In this document: one piece after another, positions 24,411-40,000 of the stretch
Layout: every line of letters begins with the position of its first letter
Numbering within the stretch: the stretch's first letter is position 1
DNA from: Bugula neritina
Taxonomy: Eukaryota > Animalia > Bryozoa
DNA: 64,000 nucleotides
Direction: 5' to 3'
Assembly: GCA_964035545.1 (NCBI GenBank)
Contig: OZ037766.1
Location: 18,898,767-18,962,766 of the forward strand
Notes under the pieces: model-generated
Told to the model about the DNA's origin: nothing
What the model saw: only the letters and a program-made list of their open reading frames with translations
The model's database searches: none
Made by a program: the position numbers and the translations under genes

Positions 24411-24700
24411 TTCAGTACCAGTAAAATAAAATCTCACCTAATTGTGCTAGAGTCAAAATTCAAAAACTATGTTGTAGATCTTCTTTTTCCCCAGTGTATG
24501 TTTTTTGCAAATTTCAATTTTCATTTTTTTTGCAAAGTTATAGACAAAAAACTGCCCAATTTTGGCCAATTTTGCCAGAAAAGCTGACTTTTCAGTACCA
24601 GTAAAATATCTCAGCAGCAAAACATGATATCTGAATAAAAATTGCACTGCTGGAATCCTAAGATATTTCTCCAGTGCAACTTTTTTTCTTTTTCCAATAA
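24411..24700 (+). repeat. Degenerate internal 180-bp-period duplication in element 2
   Basis: The exact 18-mer TTCAGTACCAGTAAAATA occurs at 24411 and 24591. CCAGTG followed by a T-tract occurs at 24491 and 24671. Both offsets are exactly 180. Confidence 0.75.
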
Positions 24701-25076
24701 CTCTGCTAGATTGCTCATAAATTGGTGATTTATACACTGAAAATGTCATATTTTTTCATAAGAAACTAGCAGCGCGCAGTGCTTCACGCTTCAATGAGCA
24801 CGTAGAGATGAGAAGATATTGGCGCGTACATAATAATTACAGGCTCGCTAGCTGGCAGGCTATAATGAATAGCTTGCTTGGTGCTTTGTTTATGTAGCAC
24901 CCATAATGGAATGTTGATAGATGACGCAGCCCTAATGAAGGTTGCTGCTTATTGGTTGTAGTTTAATCTTAGGCTAAACAATTGCAAGTAGGCAACACGC
25001 ATGCCACCCGCAGAGCAATATTATTCAAGAACCTGAACTACATTTTGAGAGAAATTTATGATATTCTTGCTGAGGA

Positions 25077-25095
25077 TGCCCTTAACTATCCTGTG
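25077..25095 (-). repeat. Right terminal inverted repeat of element 2
   Basis: TGCCCTTAACTATCCTGTG. Confidence 0.97.
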
Positions 25096-28000
25096 AAATA
25101 TTGAAATACACTGCAACACATTATAATATACTGCAACACACTGAAATGTACTGCAACATACTGAAATATATTGCAACATACTGCAACATACTAAAATACA
25201 CTGTGACATACTGTAACATACTGAAATACACTGCAAAAAACTGCAACATACTGAAGTACACTGTACATATTGAAAGACACCGCAAAACATTGAAATTTAC
25301 TTCAACACACTGAAATATACTAAAACATGTTGAAATATAGTGCAACATACTGCAACATACTGAAATACACTGTAACAAACTGAAATACACTGCAATACAT
25401 TGAAAAATACTGCAACATACTGAAAGACACTACAACTCACTGAAGTATATCGTAATATACGGAAATGTACTGTAACATACTGATAATTACTGTAACACTG
25501 AAATATACTGCAACATACTGAAATACACTGTAACATACCGAAATAAACTGCAACATACTGCAACATACTGAATTACACTGTAACATACTAAAATGCACTG
25601 CAACATTCTGCAACATACTTCAACATACTGAAATACACTGTAACATAATGAAAGATACTGCAACATACCGCAACATACTGAAAAACACTGTAGCAAACTG
25701 AAATACGCTGCAACACATTGGTATATACTGCAACATACCCAATTATATGGTAATATACTGAACAATACTGAAATACACTGTAACATATTGAAAAATACTG
25801 CAACATACTGAAAGACACTGCAACTCACTGACGTATCGTGTAATATACGGAAATGTACTGTAACATACTGAGATTTACTGTAACACACTGAAATATACTG
25901 CAACATACTGATATACACTGTAACATACCAAAATAAACTGCAACATACTGCAACAAACTGAATTACACTGTAACATACTAAAATACACTGTAACATTCTG
26001 CAACTTACTTCAACATACTGAAATACACTGTAACATAATGAAATACACTGCAACATACTGCAACATACTGAAATACACTGTAACATACTGCAACATACTG
26101 CAATACACTGTAACAAACTGGAATACACTGCTACACAATGGTATATACTGCAACATACCCAATTATATGGTAATATACTGAAATTTACTGAAATACACTG
26201 TATCACATTGAAATATACTGCAACATACTGACAGACACTACAACTCACTGACGTATCGTGTAATAGACGGAAATGTACTGTAACATACCGAGACTTACTG
26301 TAACACACTGAAATATACTGCAACATACTGATATACACTGTAACATACCAAAGTAAACTGCATCATACTGCAACATACTGAATTACACTGTAACATACTA
26401 AAATACACTGCAACATAATGAAATACACTGCAACATATTGAAGTACACTGTTAAATATTGAAATAGACTGCAACACATTGGAATATACTGCAACACACTG
26501 AGATATACTGCAACATGCTGAAATATACTGCAACATACTGCAACATACTGAAATACACTGTAACATACTGCAACATACTGCAATACACTGTAACACATTG
26601 AAAAAATACTGCAACATACTTAAAGACACCACAACTCACTGAAGTATAGTGTGATATATGGAAACGTACTGTAACATACTGATATTTACTGCAACACACT
26701 GAAATATACTGCAACATACTGAAATACGCTGTAACATATTGAAACACGCTGCAACACATTGAAATATACTGCAACATACCGAAATATATTGTAACCTACT
26801 GAAATATGTTGCAAACCACTGAAACATACTGCAATAAAATGAAATATACTGTAACACACTGAATAATACTGCAAAATGCTGAAATATACTGTAACACAGT
26901 GAAGTCTACTGCAGAATTCTGAAATATACTGTAACATACCGAAATAGGCCTCAACATACTCAAATATACTGCAATATACGTAAATACACTCTAACATACT
27001 GAAATATACTGCAACATACTGATATACACTGTAACATACCAAAATAAACTGCAACATACTGCAACAAACTGAATTACACTGTAACATACTAAAATACACT
27101 GTAACATTCTGCAACTTACTTCAACATACTGAAATACACTGTAACATAATGAAATACACTGCAACATACTGCAACATACTGAAATACACTGTAACATACT
27201 GCAACATACTGCAATACACTGTAACAAACTGGAATACACTGCTACACAATGGTATATACTGCAACATACCCAATTATATGGTAATATACTGAAATTTACT
27301 GAAATACACTGTATCACATTGAAATATACTGCAACATACTGACAGACACTACAACTCACTGACGTATCGTGTAATAGACGGAAATGTACTGTAACATACC
27401 GAGACTTACTGTAACACACTGAAATATACTGCAACATACTGATATACACTGTAACATACCAAAGTAAACTGCATCATACTGCAACATACTGAATTACACT
27501 GTAACATACTAAAATACACTGCAACATAATGAAATACACTGCAACATATTGAAGTACACTGTTAAATATTGAAATAGACTGCAACACATTGGAATATACT
27601 GCAACACACTGAGATATACTGCAACATGCTGAAATATACTGCAACATACTGCAACATACTGAAATACACTGTAACATACTGCAACATACTGCAATACACT
27701 GTAACACATTGAAAAAATACTGCAACATACTTAAAGACACCACAACTCACTGAAGTATAGTGTGATATATGGAAACGTACTGTAACATACTGATATTTAC
27801 TGCAACACACTGAAATATACTGCAACATACTGAAATACGCTGTAACATATTGAAACACGCTGCAACACATTGAAATATACTGCAACATACCGAAATATAT
27901 TGTAACCTACTGAAATATGTTGCAAACCACTGAAACATACTGCAATAAAATGAAATATACTGTAACACACTGAATAATACTGCAAAATGCTGAAATATAC

Positions 28001-31000
28001 TGTAACACAGTGAAGTCTACTGCAGAATTCTGAAATATACTGTAACATACCGAAATAGGCCTCAACATACTCAAATATACTGCAATATACGTAAATACAC
28101 TCTAACATACTGAAATACACTGCAACATACTGCAACATACTGAAGTACACTGTAAAATATTGAAATACACTGCAACACATTAGAATATACTGCAACACAC
28201 TGAAATGTACTGCAACATACTGAAATATATTGCAACATACTGCAACATACTAACATACACTGTGACATACTGTAACATACTGAAATACACTGCAAAAAAC
28301 TGCAACATACTGAAGTACACTGTACATATTGAAAGACACTGCAAAACATTGAAATATACTTCAACACACTGAAATATACTAAAACATGTTGAAATATACT
28401 GCAACATACTGCAACATACTGAAATACACTGTAACAAACTGAAATACACTGCAATACATTGAAAAATACTGCAACATAATGCAACATACTGAAAAACACT
28501 GTAGCAAACTGAAATACGCTGCAACACATTGGAATATACTGCAACATACCCAAATAAATGGTAATATACTGAAATATACTGAAATACACTGTAACACATT
28601 GAAAAACACTGCAACATACTGAAAGACACTACAACTCACTAAAAGTATAGTGTAATATACGGAAATGTACTGTAACATACTGATATTTACTGCAACACAC
28701 TGAAATATACTGCAACATACCGAAAGACACTGCAACATACTAAAATACACTGCAACATACTAAAATACACTGCAACATGCTGCAACATACTTCAACATAC
28801 TGAAATACACTGTAACATAATGAAATACACTGCAACACATTGAACTATACTGCAACAAACTGAAATATACTGCAACATACTGTAATGTACTGCAACATAT
28901 CGAAGTATATCGTAATATACGGACATGTACTGTAACATACTGAAACACACTGAAACATACTGAAACATACTGAAATATACTAAAACACACTGAAATATAC
29001 TCCAACATACTGCAACATACTGAAATACACTGTAATAAACTGAATAACACTGCAACACATTAGAATATACTGCAACATACCCTAATATATTGTAATGTAC
29101 TGAAATATACTGCAACATATCGCAACATACTGAACTAAACTGTAACAAACTGAAATACACTGCAGCACATTGGTATATACTGCAACATACCCAATTATAT
29201 GGTAATATACTGAACAATACTGAAATACACTGTAACACATTGAAAAATACTGCTACATACTGAAAGACACTGCAACTCACTGACGTATCGTGTAATATAC
29301 GGATATGTACTGTAACATACTGAGATTTACTGTAACACACTGAAATATACTGCAACATACTGATATACACTGTAACATACCAAAATAAACTGCAACATAC
29401 TGCAACATACTGAATTACACTGTAACATACTAAAATACACTGTAACATTCTGCAACTTACTTCAACATACTGAAATACACTGTAACATAATGAAATACAC
29501 TGCAACATACTGCAACATATTGAAGTACACTGTTAATTATTGAAACACACTGCAACACATTGGAATATACTCCAACACACTGAAAAATACTGCAACATGC
29601 TGAAATATACTGCAACATACTGCAAGATACTGAAATACACCGTAACATACTGCAACATACTGCAATACACTGTAACAAACTGGAATACACTGCAACACAA
29701 TGGAATATACTGCAACATACCCAATTATATGGTAATATACTGAAATATACTGAAATACACTGTATCACATTGAAAAATACTGCGACATACTGACAGACAC
29801 TACCACCCACTGACGTATCGTGTAATATACGGAAATGTACTGTAACATACTGAGACTTACTGTAACACACTGAAATATACTGCAACATACTGATATACAC
29901 TGTAACATACCAAAGTAAACTGCATCATACTGCAACATACTGAATTACACTGTAACATACTAAAATACACTGCAACATAATGAAATACACTGCAACATAC
30001 TGCAACATATTGAAGTACACTGTTAAATATTGAAATACACTGCAACACATTGGAATATACTGCAGCACACTGAAATATACTGCAACATGCTGAAATATAC
30101 TGCAATATACTGCAACATACTGAAATACACTGTAACATACTGCAACATACTGCAAAACACTGTAACAAACTGAAATACACTGCAACACATTGGAATATAC
30201 TGCAACATACCCAAATCAATGGTGACATACTGAAATATACTGAAATACACTGCGACACACATAAATATACTGCAAGATACTGCAACATACTGAAGTACAC
30301 TGTAAAATATTGAAATACACGGCAACACATTGGAATATAATGCAACAGACTGAAATGTACTGAAACATACTGAAATATATTGCAACATACTGCAACATGC
30401 TGAAATACACTGTAACATACTGTAACGTACTGAAATACACTGCAAAAAACTGCAACATACTGAAGTACACTGTACATAATGAAAAACACTGCAACACATT
30501 GAAATATACTTCAACACACTGAAATATACTGCAACATACTGCAACATACTGAAATACACTGTAACATACTGCAACATACTGCAATACACTGTAACACATT
30601 GAAAAAATACTGCAACATACTTAAAGACACCACAACTCACTGAAGTATAGTGTAATATACGGAAACGTACTGTAACATACTGATATTTACTGCAACACAC
30701 TGAAATATACTGCAACATACTGAAATACGCTGTAACATATTGAAACACGCTGCAACACATTAAAATATACTGCAACATACCGAAATATATTGTAACCTAC
30801 TGAAATATGTTGCAAACCACTGAAACATACTGCAATAAAATGAAATATACTGTAACACACTGAATAATACTGCAAAATGCTGAAATATACTGTAACACAG
30901 TGAAGTATACTGCAAAATTCTGAAATATACTGTAACATACCGAAATGGGCCTCAACATACTCAAATATACTGCAAGATACTGCAATATACGTAAATACAC

Positions 31001-34000
31001 TCTAACATACTGAAATACACTGCAACATACTGCAACATACTGAAGTACACTGTAAAATATTGAAATACACTGCAACACATTATAATATACTGCAACACAC
31101 TGAAATGTACTGCAACATACTGAAATATATTGCAACATACTGCAACATACTAAAATACACTGTGACATACTGTAACATACTGAAATACACTGCAAAAAAC
31201 TGCAACATACTGAAGTACACTGTACATATTGAAAGACACCGCAAAACATTGAAATTTACTTCAACACACTGAAATATACTAAAACATGTTGAAATATAGT
31301 GCAACATACTGCAACATACTGAAATACACTTTAACAAACTGAAATACACTGCAATACATTGAAAAATACTGCAACATACTGAAAGACACTACAACTCACT
31401 GAAGTATATCGTAATATACGGAAATGTACTGTAACATACTGATAATTACTGTAACACTGAAATATACTGCAACATACTGAAATACACTGTAACATACCGA
31501 AATAAACTGCAACATACTGCAACATACTGAATTACACTGTAACATACTAAAATGCACTGCAACATTCTGCAACATACTTCAACATACTGAAATACACTGT
31601 AACATAATGAAAGATACTGCAACATACCGCAACATACTGAAAAACACTGTAGCAAACTGAAATACGCTGCAACACATTGGTATATACTGCAACATACCCA
31701 ATTATATGGTAATATACTGAACAATACTGAAATACACTGTAACATATTGAAAAATACTGCAACATACTGAAAGACACTGCAACTCACTGACGTATCGTGT
31801 AATATACGGAAATGTACTGTAACATACTGAGATTTACTGTAACACACTGAAATATACTGCAACATACTGATATACACTGTAACATACCAAAATAAACTGC
31901 AACATACTGCAACAAACTGAATTACACTGTAACATACTAAAATACACTGTAACATTCTGCAACTTACTTCAACATACTGAAATACACTGTAACATAATGA
32001 AATACACTGCAACATACTGCAACATACTGAAATACACTGTAACATACTGCAACATACTGCAATACACTGTAACAAACTGGAATACACTGCTACACAATGG
32101 TATATACTGCAACATACCCAATTATATGGTAATATACTGAAATTTACTGAAATACACTGTATCACATTGAAAAATACTGCAACATACTGACAGACACTAC
32201 AACTCACTGACGTATCGTGTAATATACGGAAATGTACTGTAACATACCGAGACTTACTGTAACACACTGAAATATACTGCAACATACTGATATACACTGT
32301 AACATACCAAAGTAAACTGCATCATACTGCAACATACTGAATTACACTGTAACATACTAAAATACACTGCAACATAATGAAATACACTGCAACATACTGC
32401 AACATATTGAAGTACACTGTTAAATATTGAAATAGACTGCAACACATTGGAATATACTGCAACACACTGAAATATACTGCAACATGCTGAAATATGCTGC
32501 AACATACTGCAACATACTGAAATACACTGTAACATACTGCAACATACTGCAATACACTGTAACACATTGAAAAAATACTGCAACATACTTAAAGACACCA
32601 CAACTCACTGAAGTATAGTGTAATATATGGAAACGTACTGTAACATACTGATATTTACTGCAACACACTGAAATATACTGCAACATACTGAAATACGCTG
32701 TAACATATTGAAACACGCTGCAACACATTGGAATATACTGCAACATACCGAAATATATTGTAACCTACTGAAATATGTTGCAAACCACTGAAACATACTG
32801 CAATAAAATGAAATATACTGTAACACACTGAATAATACTGCAAAATGCTGAAATATACTGTAACACAGTGAAGTCTACTGCAAAATTCTGAAATATACTG
32901 TAACATACCGAAATAGGCCTCAACATACTCAAATATACTGCAAAATACTGCAATATACGTAAATACACTCTAACATACTGAAATACACTGCAACATACTG
33001 CAACATACTGAAGTACACTGTAAAATATTGAAATACACTGCAACACATTGGAATATACTGCAACACACTGAAATGTACTGCAACATACTGAAATATATTG
33101 CAACATACTGCAACATACTAAAATACACTGTGACATACTGTAACATACTGAAATACACTGCAAAAAACTGCAACATACTGAAGTACACTGTACATATTGA
33201 AAGACACAGCAAAACATTGAAATTTACTTCAACGGACTGAATTATACTAAAACATGTCGAAATATACTGCAACATACTGCAACATGCAGAAATACACTGT
33301 AACAAACTGAAATACACTGCAACACATTGACAAATTTTGCAACATACTGAAAGACACTACAACTCACTGAAGTATAGTGTAATATACGGAAATGTACTGT
33401 AAAATACTGAAACATACTGAAACATAGTGCAACATACTGAAACATATTGAAACATACCGCAACAAACCGAAATATTTGGTAACATACTGAAATATACGTC
33501 AACATACTGAAATGTACTGCAACATGCTGAGTTACACTGCAAGATACTGCAACATACTGAAATACGCTGTAACATATTAAAACACGCTGCAACACATTGA
33601 AATATACTGCAACATACCGAAATTTATTGTAACCTACTGAAATATGTTGCAAACCACCTAAACATACTGCAATAAAATGCAATATACTGTAACACACTGA
33701 ATAATACTGCAAAATGCTGAAATATACTGTAACACAGTGAAGTATACTGCAAAATTTTGAAATATACTGTAACATACCGAAATAGGCCTCAACATACTCA
33801 AATATACTGCAAGATACTGCAACATACGTAAATACACTCTAACATACTGAAATACACTGCAACATACTGCAACATACAGAAGTACACTGTAAAATATTGA
33901 AATACACTGCAACACATTAGAATATACTGCAACACACTGAAATGTACTGCAACATACTGAAATATATTGCAACATACTGCAACATACTGAAATACACTGT

Positions 34001-37000
34001 GACATACTGAAACATACTGAAATACACTGCAAAAAACTGCAACATACTGGAGTACACTGTACATATTGAAATACACTGCAAAACATTGAAATATACTTCA
34101 ACACACTAAAATATACTAAAACATGTTGAAATATACTGCATTATACTGAAATACACTGTAACAAACTGAAATACACTGCAATACATTGAAAAATACTGCA
34201 ACATACTGAAAGACACTACAACTCCCTGAAGTATAGTGTAATATACGGAAATGTACTGTAACATACTGATAATTACTGTAACACTGAATTATACTGCAAC
34301 ATACTGAAATACACTGTAACATACCGAAATAAACTGCAACATACTGCAACATACTGAATTACACTGTAACATACTAAAATGCACTGCAACATTCTGCAAC
34401 ATACTTCAACATACTGAAATACACTGTAACATACTAAAATGCACTGCAACATTCTGCAACATACTTCAACATACTGAAATACACTGTAACATAATGAAAG
34501 ATACTGCAACATACCGCAACATACTGAAAAACACTGTAGCAAACTGAAATAAGCTGCAACACATTGGAATATACTGCAACATACCCAAATAAATGGTAAT
34601 ATACTGAAATATACTGAAATACACTGTATCACATTGAAAAATACTGCAACATACTGAAAAACACTGTAGCAAACTGAAATACGCTGCAACACATTGGTAT
34701 ATACTGCAACATACCCAATTATATGGTAATATACTGAACAATACTGAAATACACTGTAACATATTGAAAAATACTGCAACATACTGAAAGACACTGCAAC
34801 TCACTGACGTATCGTGTAATATACGGAAATGTACTGTAACATACTGAGATTTACTGTAACACACTGAAATATACTGCAACATACTGCAACATGCAGAAAT
34901 ACACTGTAACAAACTGAAATACACTGCAACACATTGAAAAATTTTGCAACATACTGAAAGACACTACAACTCACTGAAGTATAGTGTAATATACGGAAAT
35001 GTACTGTAAAATACTGAAACATACTGAAACATACTGCAACATACTGAAACATATTGAAACATACCGCAACAAACCGAAATATTTGGTAACATACTGAAAT
35101 ATACGTCAAGATACTGAAATGTACTGCAACATGCTGAGTTACACTGCAAGATACTGCAACATACTGAAATACGCTGTAACATATTAAAACACGCTGCAAC
35201 ACATTGAAATATACTGCAACATACCGAAATTTATTGTAACCTACTGAAATATGTTGCAAACCACCTAAACATACTGCAATAAAATGCAATATACTGTAAC
35301 ACACTGAATAATACTGCAAAATGCTGAAATATACTGTAACACAGTGAAGTATACTGCAAAATTTTGAAATATACTGTAACATACCGAAATAGGCCTCAAC
35401 ATACTCAAATATACTGCAAGATACTGCAACATACGTAAATACACTCTAACATACTGAAATACACTGCAACATACCCAAATAATTGGTAACATACTGAAAT
35501 ATACTCAAATACACTGTAACACATTGAAAAATACTGCAACATACTTAAAGACACCACAACTCACTGAAGTATAGTGTAATATATGGAAACGTACTGTAAC
35601 ATACTGATATTTACTGCAACACACTGAAATACACTGCAACATACTGAAATACGCTGTAACACATTGAAACACGCTGCAACACATTGAAATATACTGCAAC
35701 ATACCGAAATATATTGTAACCTACTGAAATATGTTGCAAACCACTGAACCATACTGCAATAAAATGAATTATACTGTAACACACTGAATAATACTGCAAA
35801 ATGCTAAAATATACTGTAACACAGTGAAGTATACTGTAAAATTCTGAAATATACTGTAACATACCGAAATAGGCCTCAACATACTCAAATATACTGCAAG
35901 ATACTGCAATATACGTAAATACACTCTAACATACTGAAATACACTGCAACATACTGAAGTACACTGTAAAATATTGAAATACACTGCAACACATTAGAAT
36001 ATACTGCAACACACTGAAATGTACTGCAACATACTGAAATATATTGCAACATACTGCAACATACTAAAATACACTGTGACATACTGTAACATACTGAAAT
36101 ACACTGCAAAAAACTGCAACATACTAAAGTACACTGTACATATTGAAAGACACTGCAAAACATTGAAATTTACTTCAACACACTGAAATATACTAAAACA
36201 TGTTGAAATATACTGCAACATACTGCAACATACTGAAATACACTGTAACAAACTGAAATACACTGCAATACATTGAAAAATACTGCAACATACTGAAAGA
36301 CACTACAACTCACTGAAGTATATCGTAATATACGGAAATGTACTGTAACATACTGATAATTACTGTAACACTGAAATATACTGCAACATACTGAAATACA
36401 CTGTAACATACCGAAATAAACTGCAACATACTGCAACATACTGAATTACACTGTAACATACGAAAATGCACTGCAACATTCTGCAACATACTTCAACATA
36501 CTGAAATACACTGTAACATAATGAAAGATACTGCAACATACCGCAACATACTGAAAAACACTGTAGCAAACTGAAATACGCTGCAACACATTGGTATATA
36601 CTGCAACATACCCAATTATATGGTAATATACTGAACAATACTGAAATACACTGTAACATATTGAAAAATACTGCAACATACTGAAAGACACTGCAACTCA
36701 CTGACGTATCGTGTAATATACGGAAATGTACTGTAACATACTGAGATTTACTGTAACACACTGAAATATACTGCAACATACTGATATACACTGTAACATA
36801 CCAAAATAAACTGCAACATACTGCAACAAACTGAATTACACTGTAACATACTAAAATACACTGTAACATTCTGCAACTTACTTCAACATACTGAAATACA
36901 CTGTAACATAATGAAATACACTGCAACATACTGCAACATACTGAAATACACTGTAACATACTGCAACATACTGCAATACACTGTAACAAACTGGAATACA

Positions 37001-40000
37001 CTGCAACACAATGGTATATACTGCAACATACCCAATTATATGGTAATATACTGAAATTTACTGAAATACACTGTATCACATTGAAAAATACTGCAACATA
37101 CTGACAGACACTACAATTCACTGACGTATCGTGTAATATACGGAAATGTACTGTAACATACTGAGACTTACTGTAACACACTGAAATATACTGCAACATA
37201 CTGATATACACTGTAACATATCAAAGTAAACTGCATCATACTGCAACATACTGAATTACACTGTAACATACTAAAATACACTGCAACATAATGAAATACA
37301 CTGCAACATACTGCAACATATTGAAGTACACTGTTAAATATTGAAATAGACTGCAACACATTGGAACATACTGCAACACACTGAAATATACTGCAACATG
37401 CTGAAATATACTGCAACATACTGCAACATACGGAAATACACTGTAACATACTGCAACATACTGCAATACACTGTAACAAACTGAAATACACTGCAACACA
37501 TTGGAATATACTGCAACATACCCAAATCAATGGTAACATACTGAAATATAGTGAAATACACTGCAACACACTGAAAGATACTGCAAGATACTGCAACATA
37601 CTGAAGTACACTGTAAAATATTGAAATACACTGCAACACATTGGAATATACTGCAACACACTGAAATGTACTGCAACATACTGAAATATATTGCAACATA
37701 CTGCGACATGCTGAAATACACTGTAACAAACTGAAATACACTGCAACACATTGAAAAATACTGCAACATACTGAAAGACACTACAACTCGCTGAAGTATA
37801 GTGTAATATACAGAAATGTACTGTAAAATACTGAAACATACTGAAACATACTGAAACATACCGCAACAAACCGAACTATTTGGTAACATACTGAAATATA
37901 CGTCAACATACTGAAATGTACTGCAACATGCTGAGGTACACTGCAAGATACTGCAACATACTGAAATACGCTGTAACATATTGAAACACGCTGCAACACA
38001 TTGAAATATAGTGCAACACACCGAAATATATTGTAATATACTGAAATATGTTGCAAACCACTGAAACATACTGCAATAAAATGCAATATACTGTAACACA
38101 CTGAATAATACTGCAAAATGCTGAAATATACTGTAACACAGTGAAGTATACTGCAAAATTTTGAAATATACTGTAACATACCGAAATAGGCCTCAACATA
38201 CTCAAATATACTGCAAGATACTGCAACATACGTAAATACACTCTAACATACTGAAATACACTGCAACATACCCAAATAAATGGTAACATACTGAAATATA
38301 CTCAAATACACTGTAACACATTGAAAAATACTGCAACATACTTAAAGACACCACAACTCACTGAAGTATAGTGTAATATATGGAAACGTACTGTAACATA
38401 CTGATATTTACTGCAACACACTGAAATACACTGCAACATACTGAAATACGCTATAACACATTGAAACACGCTGCAACACATTGAAATATACTGCAACATA
38501 CCGAAATATATTGTAACCTACTGAAATATGTTGCAAACCACTGAACCATACTGCAATAAAATGAATTATACTGTAACACACTGAATAATACTGCAAAATG
38601 CTAAAATGTACTGTAACACAGTGAAGTATACTGTAAAATTCTGAAATATACTGTAACATACCGAAATAGGCCTCAACATACTCAAATATACTGCAAGATA
38701 CTGCAATATACGTAAACACACTCTAACATACTGAAATACACTGCAACATACTGCAACATACTGAAGTACACTGTAAAATATTGAAATACACTGCAACACA
38801 TTAGAATATACTGCAACACACTGAAATGTACTGCAACATACTGAAATATATTGCAACATACTGCAACATACTAAAATACACTGAGACATACTGTAACATA
38901 CTGAAATACACTGCAAAAAACTGCAACATACTGAAGTACACTGTACATATTGAAAGACACTGCAAAACATTGAAATTTACTTCAACACACTGAAATATAC
39001 TAAAACATGTTGAAATATACTGCAACATACTGCAACATACTGAAATACACTGTAACAAACTGAAATACACTGCAATACATTGAAAAATACTGCAACATAC
39101 TGAAAGACACTACAACTCACTGAAGTATATCGTAATATACGGAAATGTACTGTAACATACTGATAATTACTGTAACACTGAAATATACTGCAACATACTG
39201 AAATACACTGTAACATACCGAAATAAACTGCAACATACTTCAACATACTGAAATACACTGTAACATAATGAAAGATACTGCAACATACCGCAACATACTG
39301 AAAAACACTGTAGCAAACTGAATTACGCTGCAACACATTGGTATATACTGCAACATACCCAATTATATGGTAATATACTGAACAATACTGAAATACACTG
39401 TAACATATTGAAAAATACTGCAACATACTGAAAGACACTGCAACTCACTGACGTATCGTGTAATATACGGAAATGTACTGTAACATACTGAGATTTACTG
39501 TAACACACTGAAATATACTGCAGCATACTGATATACACTGTAACATACCAAAATAAACTGCAACATACTGCAACAAACTGAATTACACTGTAACATACTA
39601 AAATACACTGTAACATTCTGCAACTTACTTCAACATACTGAAATACACTGTAACATAATGAAATACACTGCAACATACTGCAACATACTGAAATACACTG
39701 TAACATACTGCAACATACTGCAATACACTGTAACAAACTGGAATACACTGCAACACAATGGTATATACTGCAACATACCCAATTATATGGTAATATACTG
39801 AAATTTACTGAAATACACTGTATCACATTGAAAAATACTGCAACATACTGACAGACACTACAACTCACTGACGTATCGTGTAATATACGGAAATGTACTG
39901 AAACATACTGAGACTTACTGTAACACACTGAAATATACTGCAACATACTGATATACACTGTAACATATCAAAGTAAACTGCATCATACTGCAACATACTG

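Larger units (their letters stand above)
24340..25095. mobile_element. MITE-like non-autonomous TIR transposon (756 bp), CACAG termini, 2-bp TSD (AA); probably CMC/EnSpm(CACTA)-like
   Basis: Perfect 19-bp TIR: CACAGGATAGTTAAGGGCA (24340-24358) and TGCCCTTAACTATCCTGTG (25077-25095), extending to 22/23. The flanks TGTAAA|...|AAATATTG give 6 A versus 4 A (TGTAAAATATTG) at the empty sister site 31051-31062. No transposase ORF. Confidence 0.93.

Noticed and set aside
24453-24749. 98-aa minus-strand ORF in element 2
   Set aside because: A Lys/Phe-rich read-through of the A/T-tract modules, with no DDE or DNA-binding motif recognisable.
24340-25095. CACAG termini as RSS heptamer / Transib or ProtoRAG ends
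   Set aside because: No 5-bp TSD at either element (CATTA vs TATTT; GTAAA vs AAATA), and no nonamer at 12/23 spacing.
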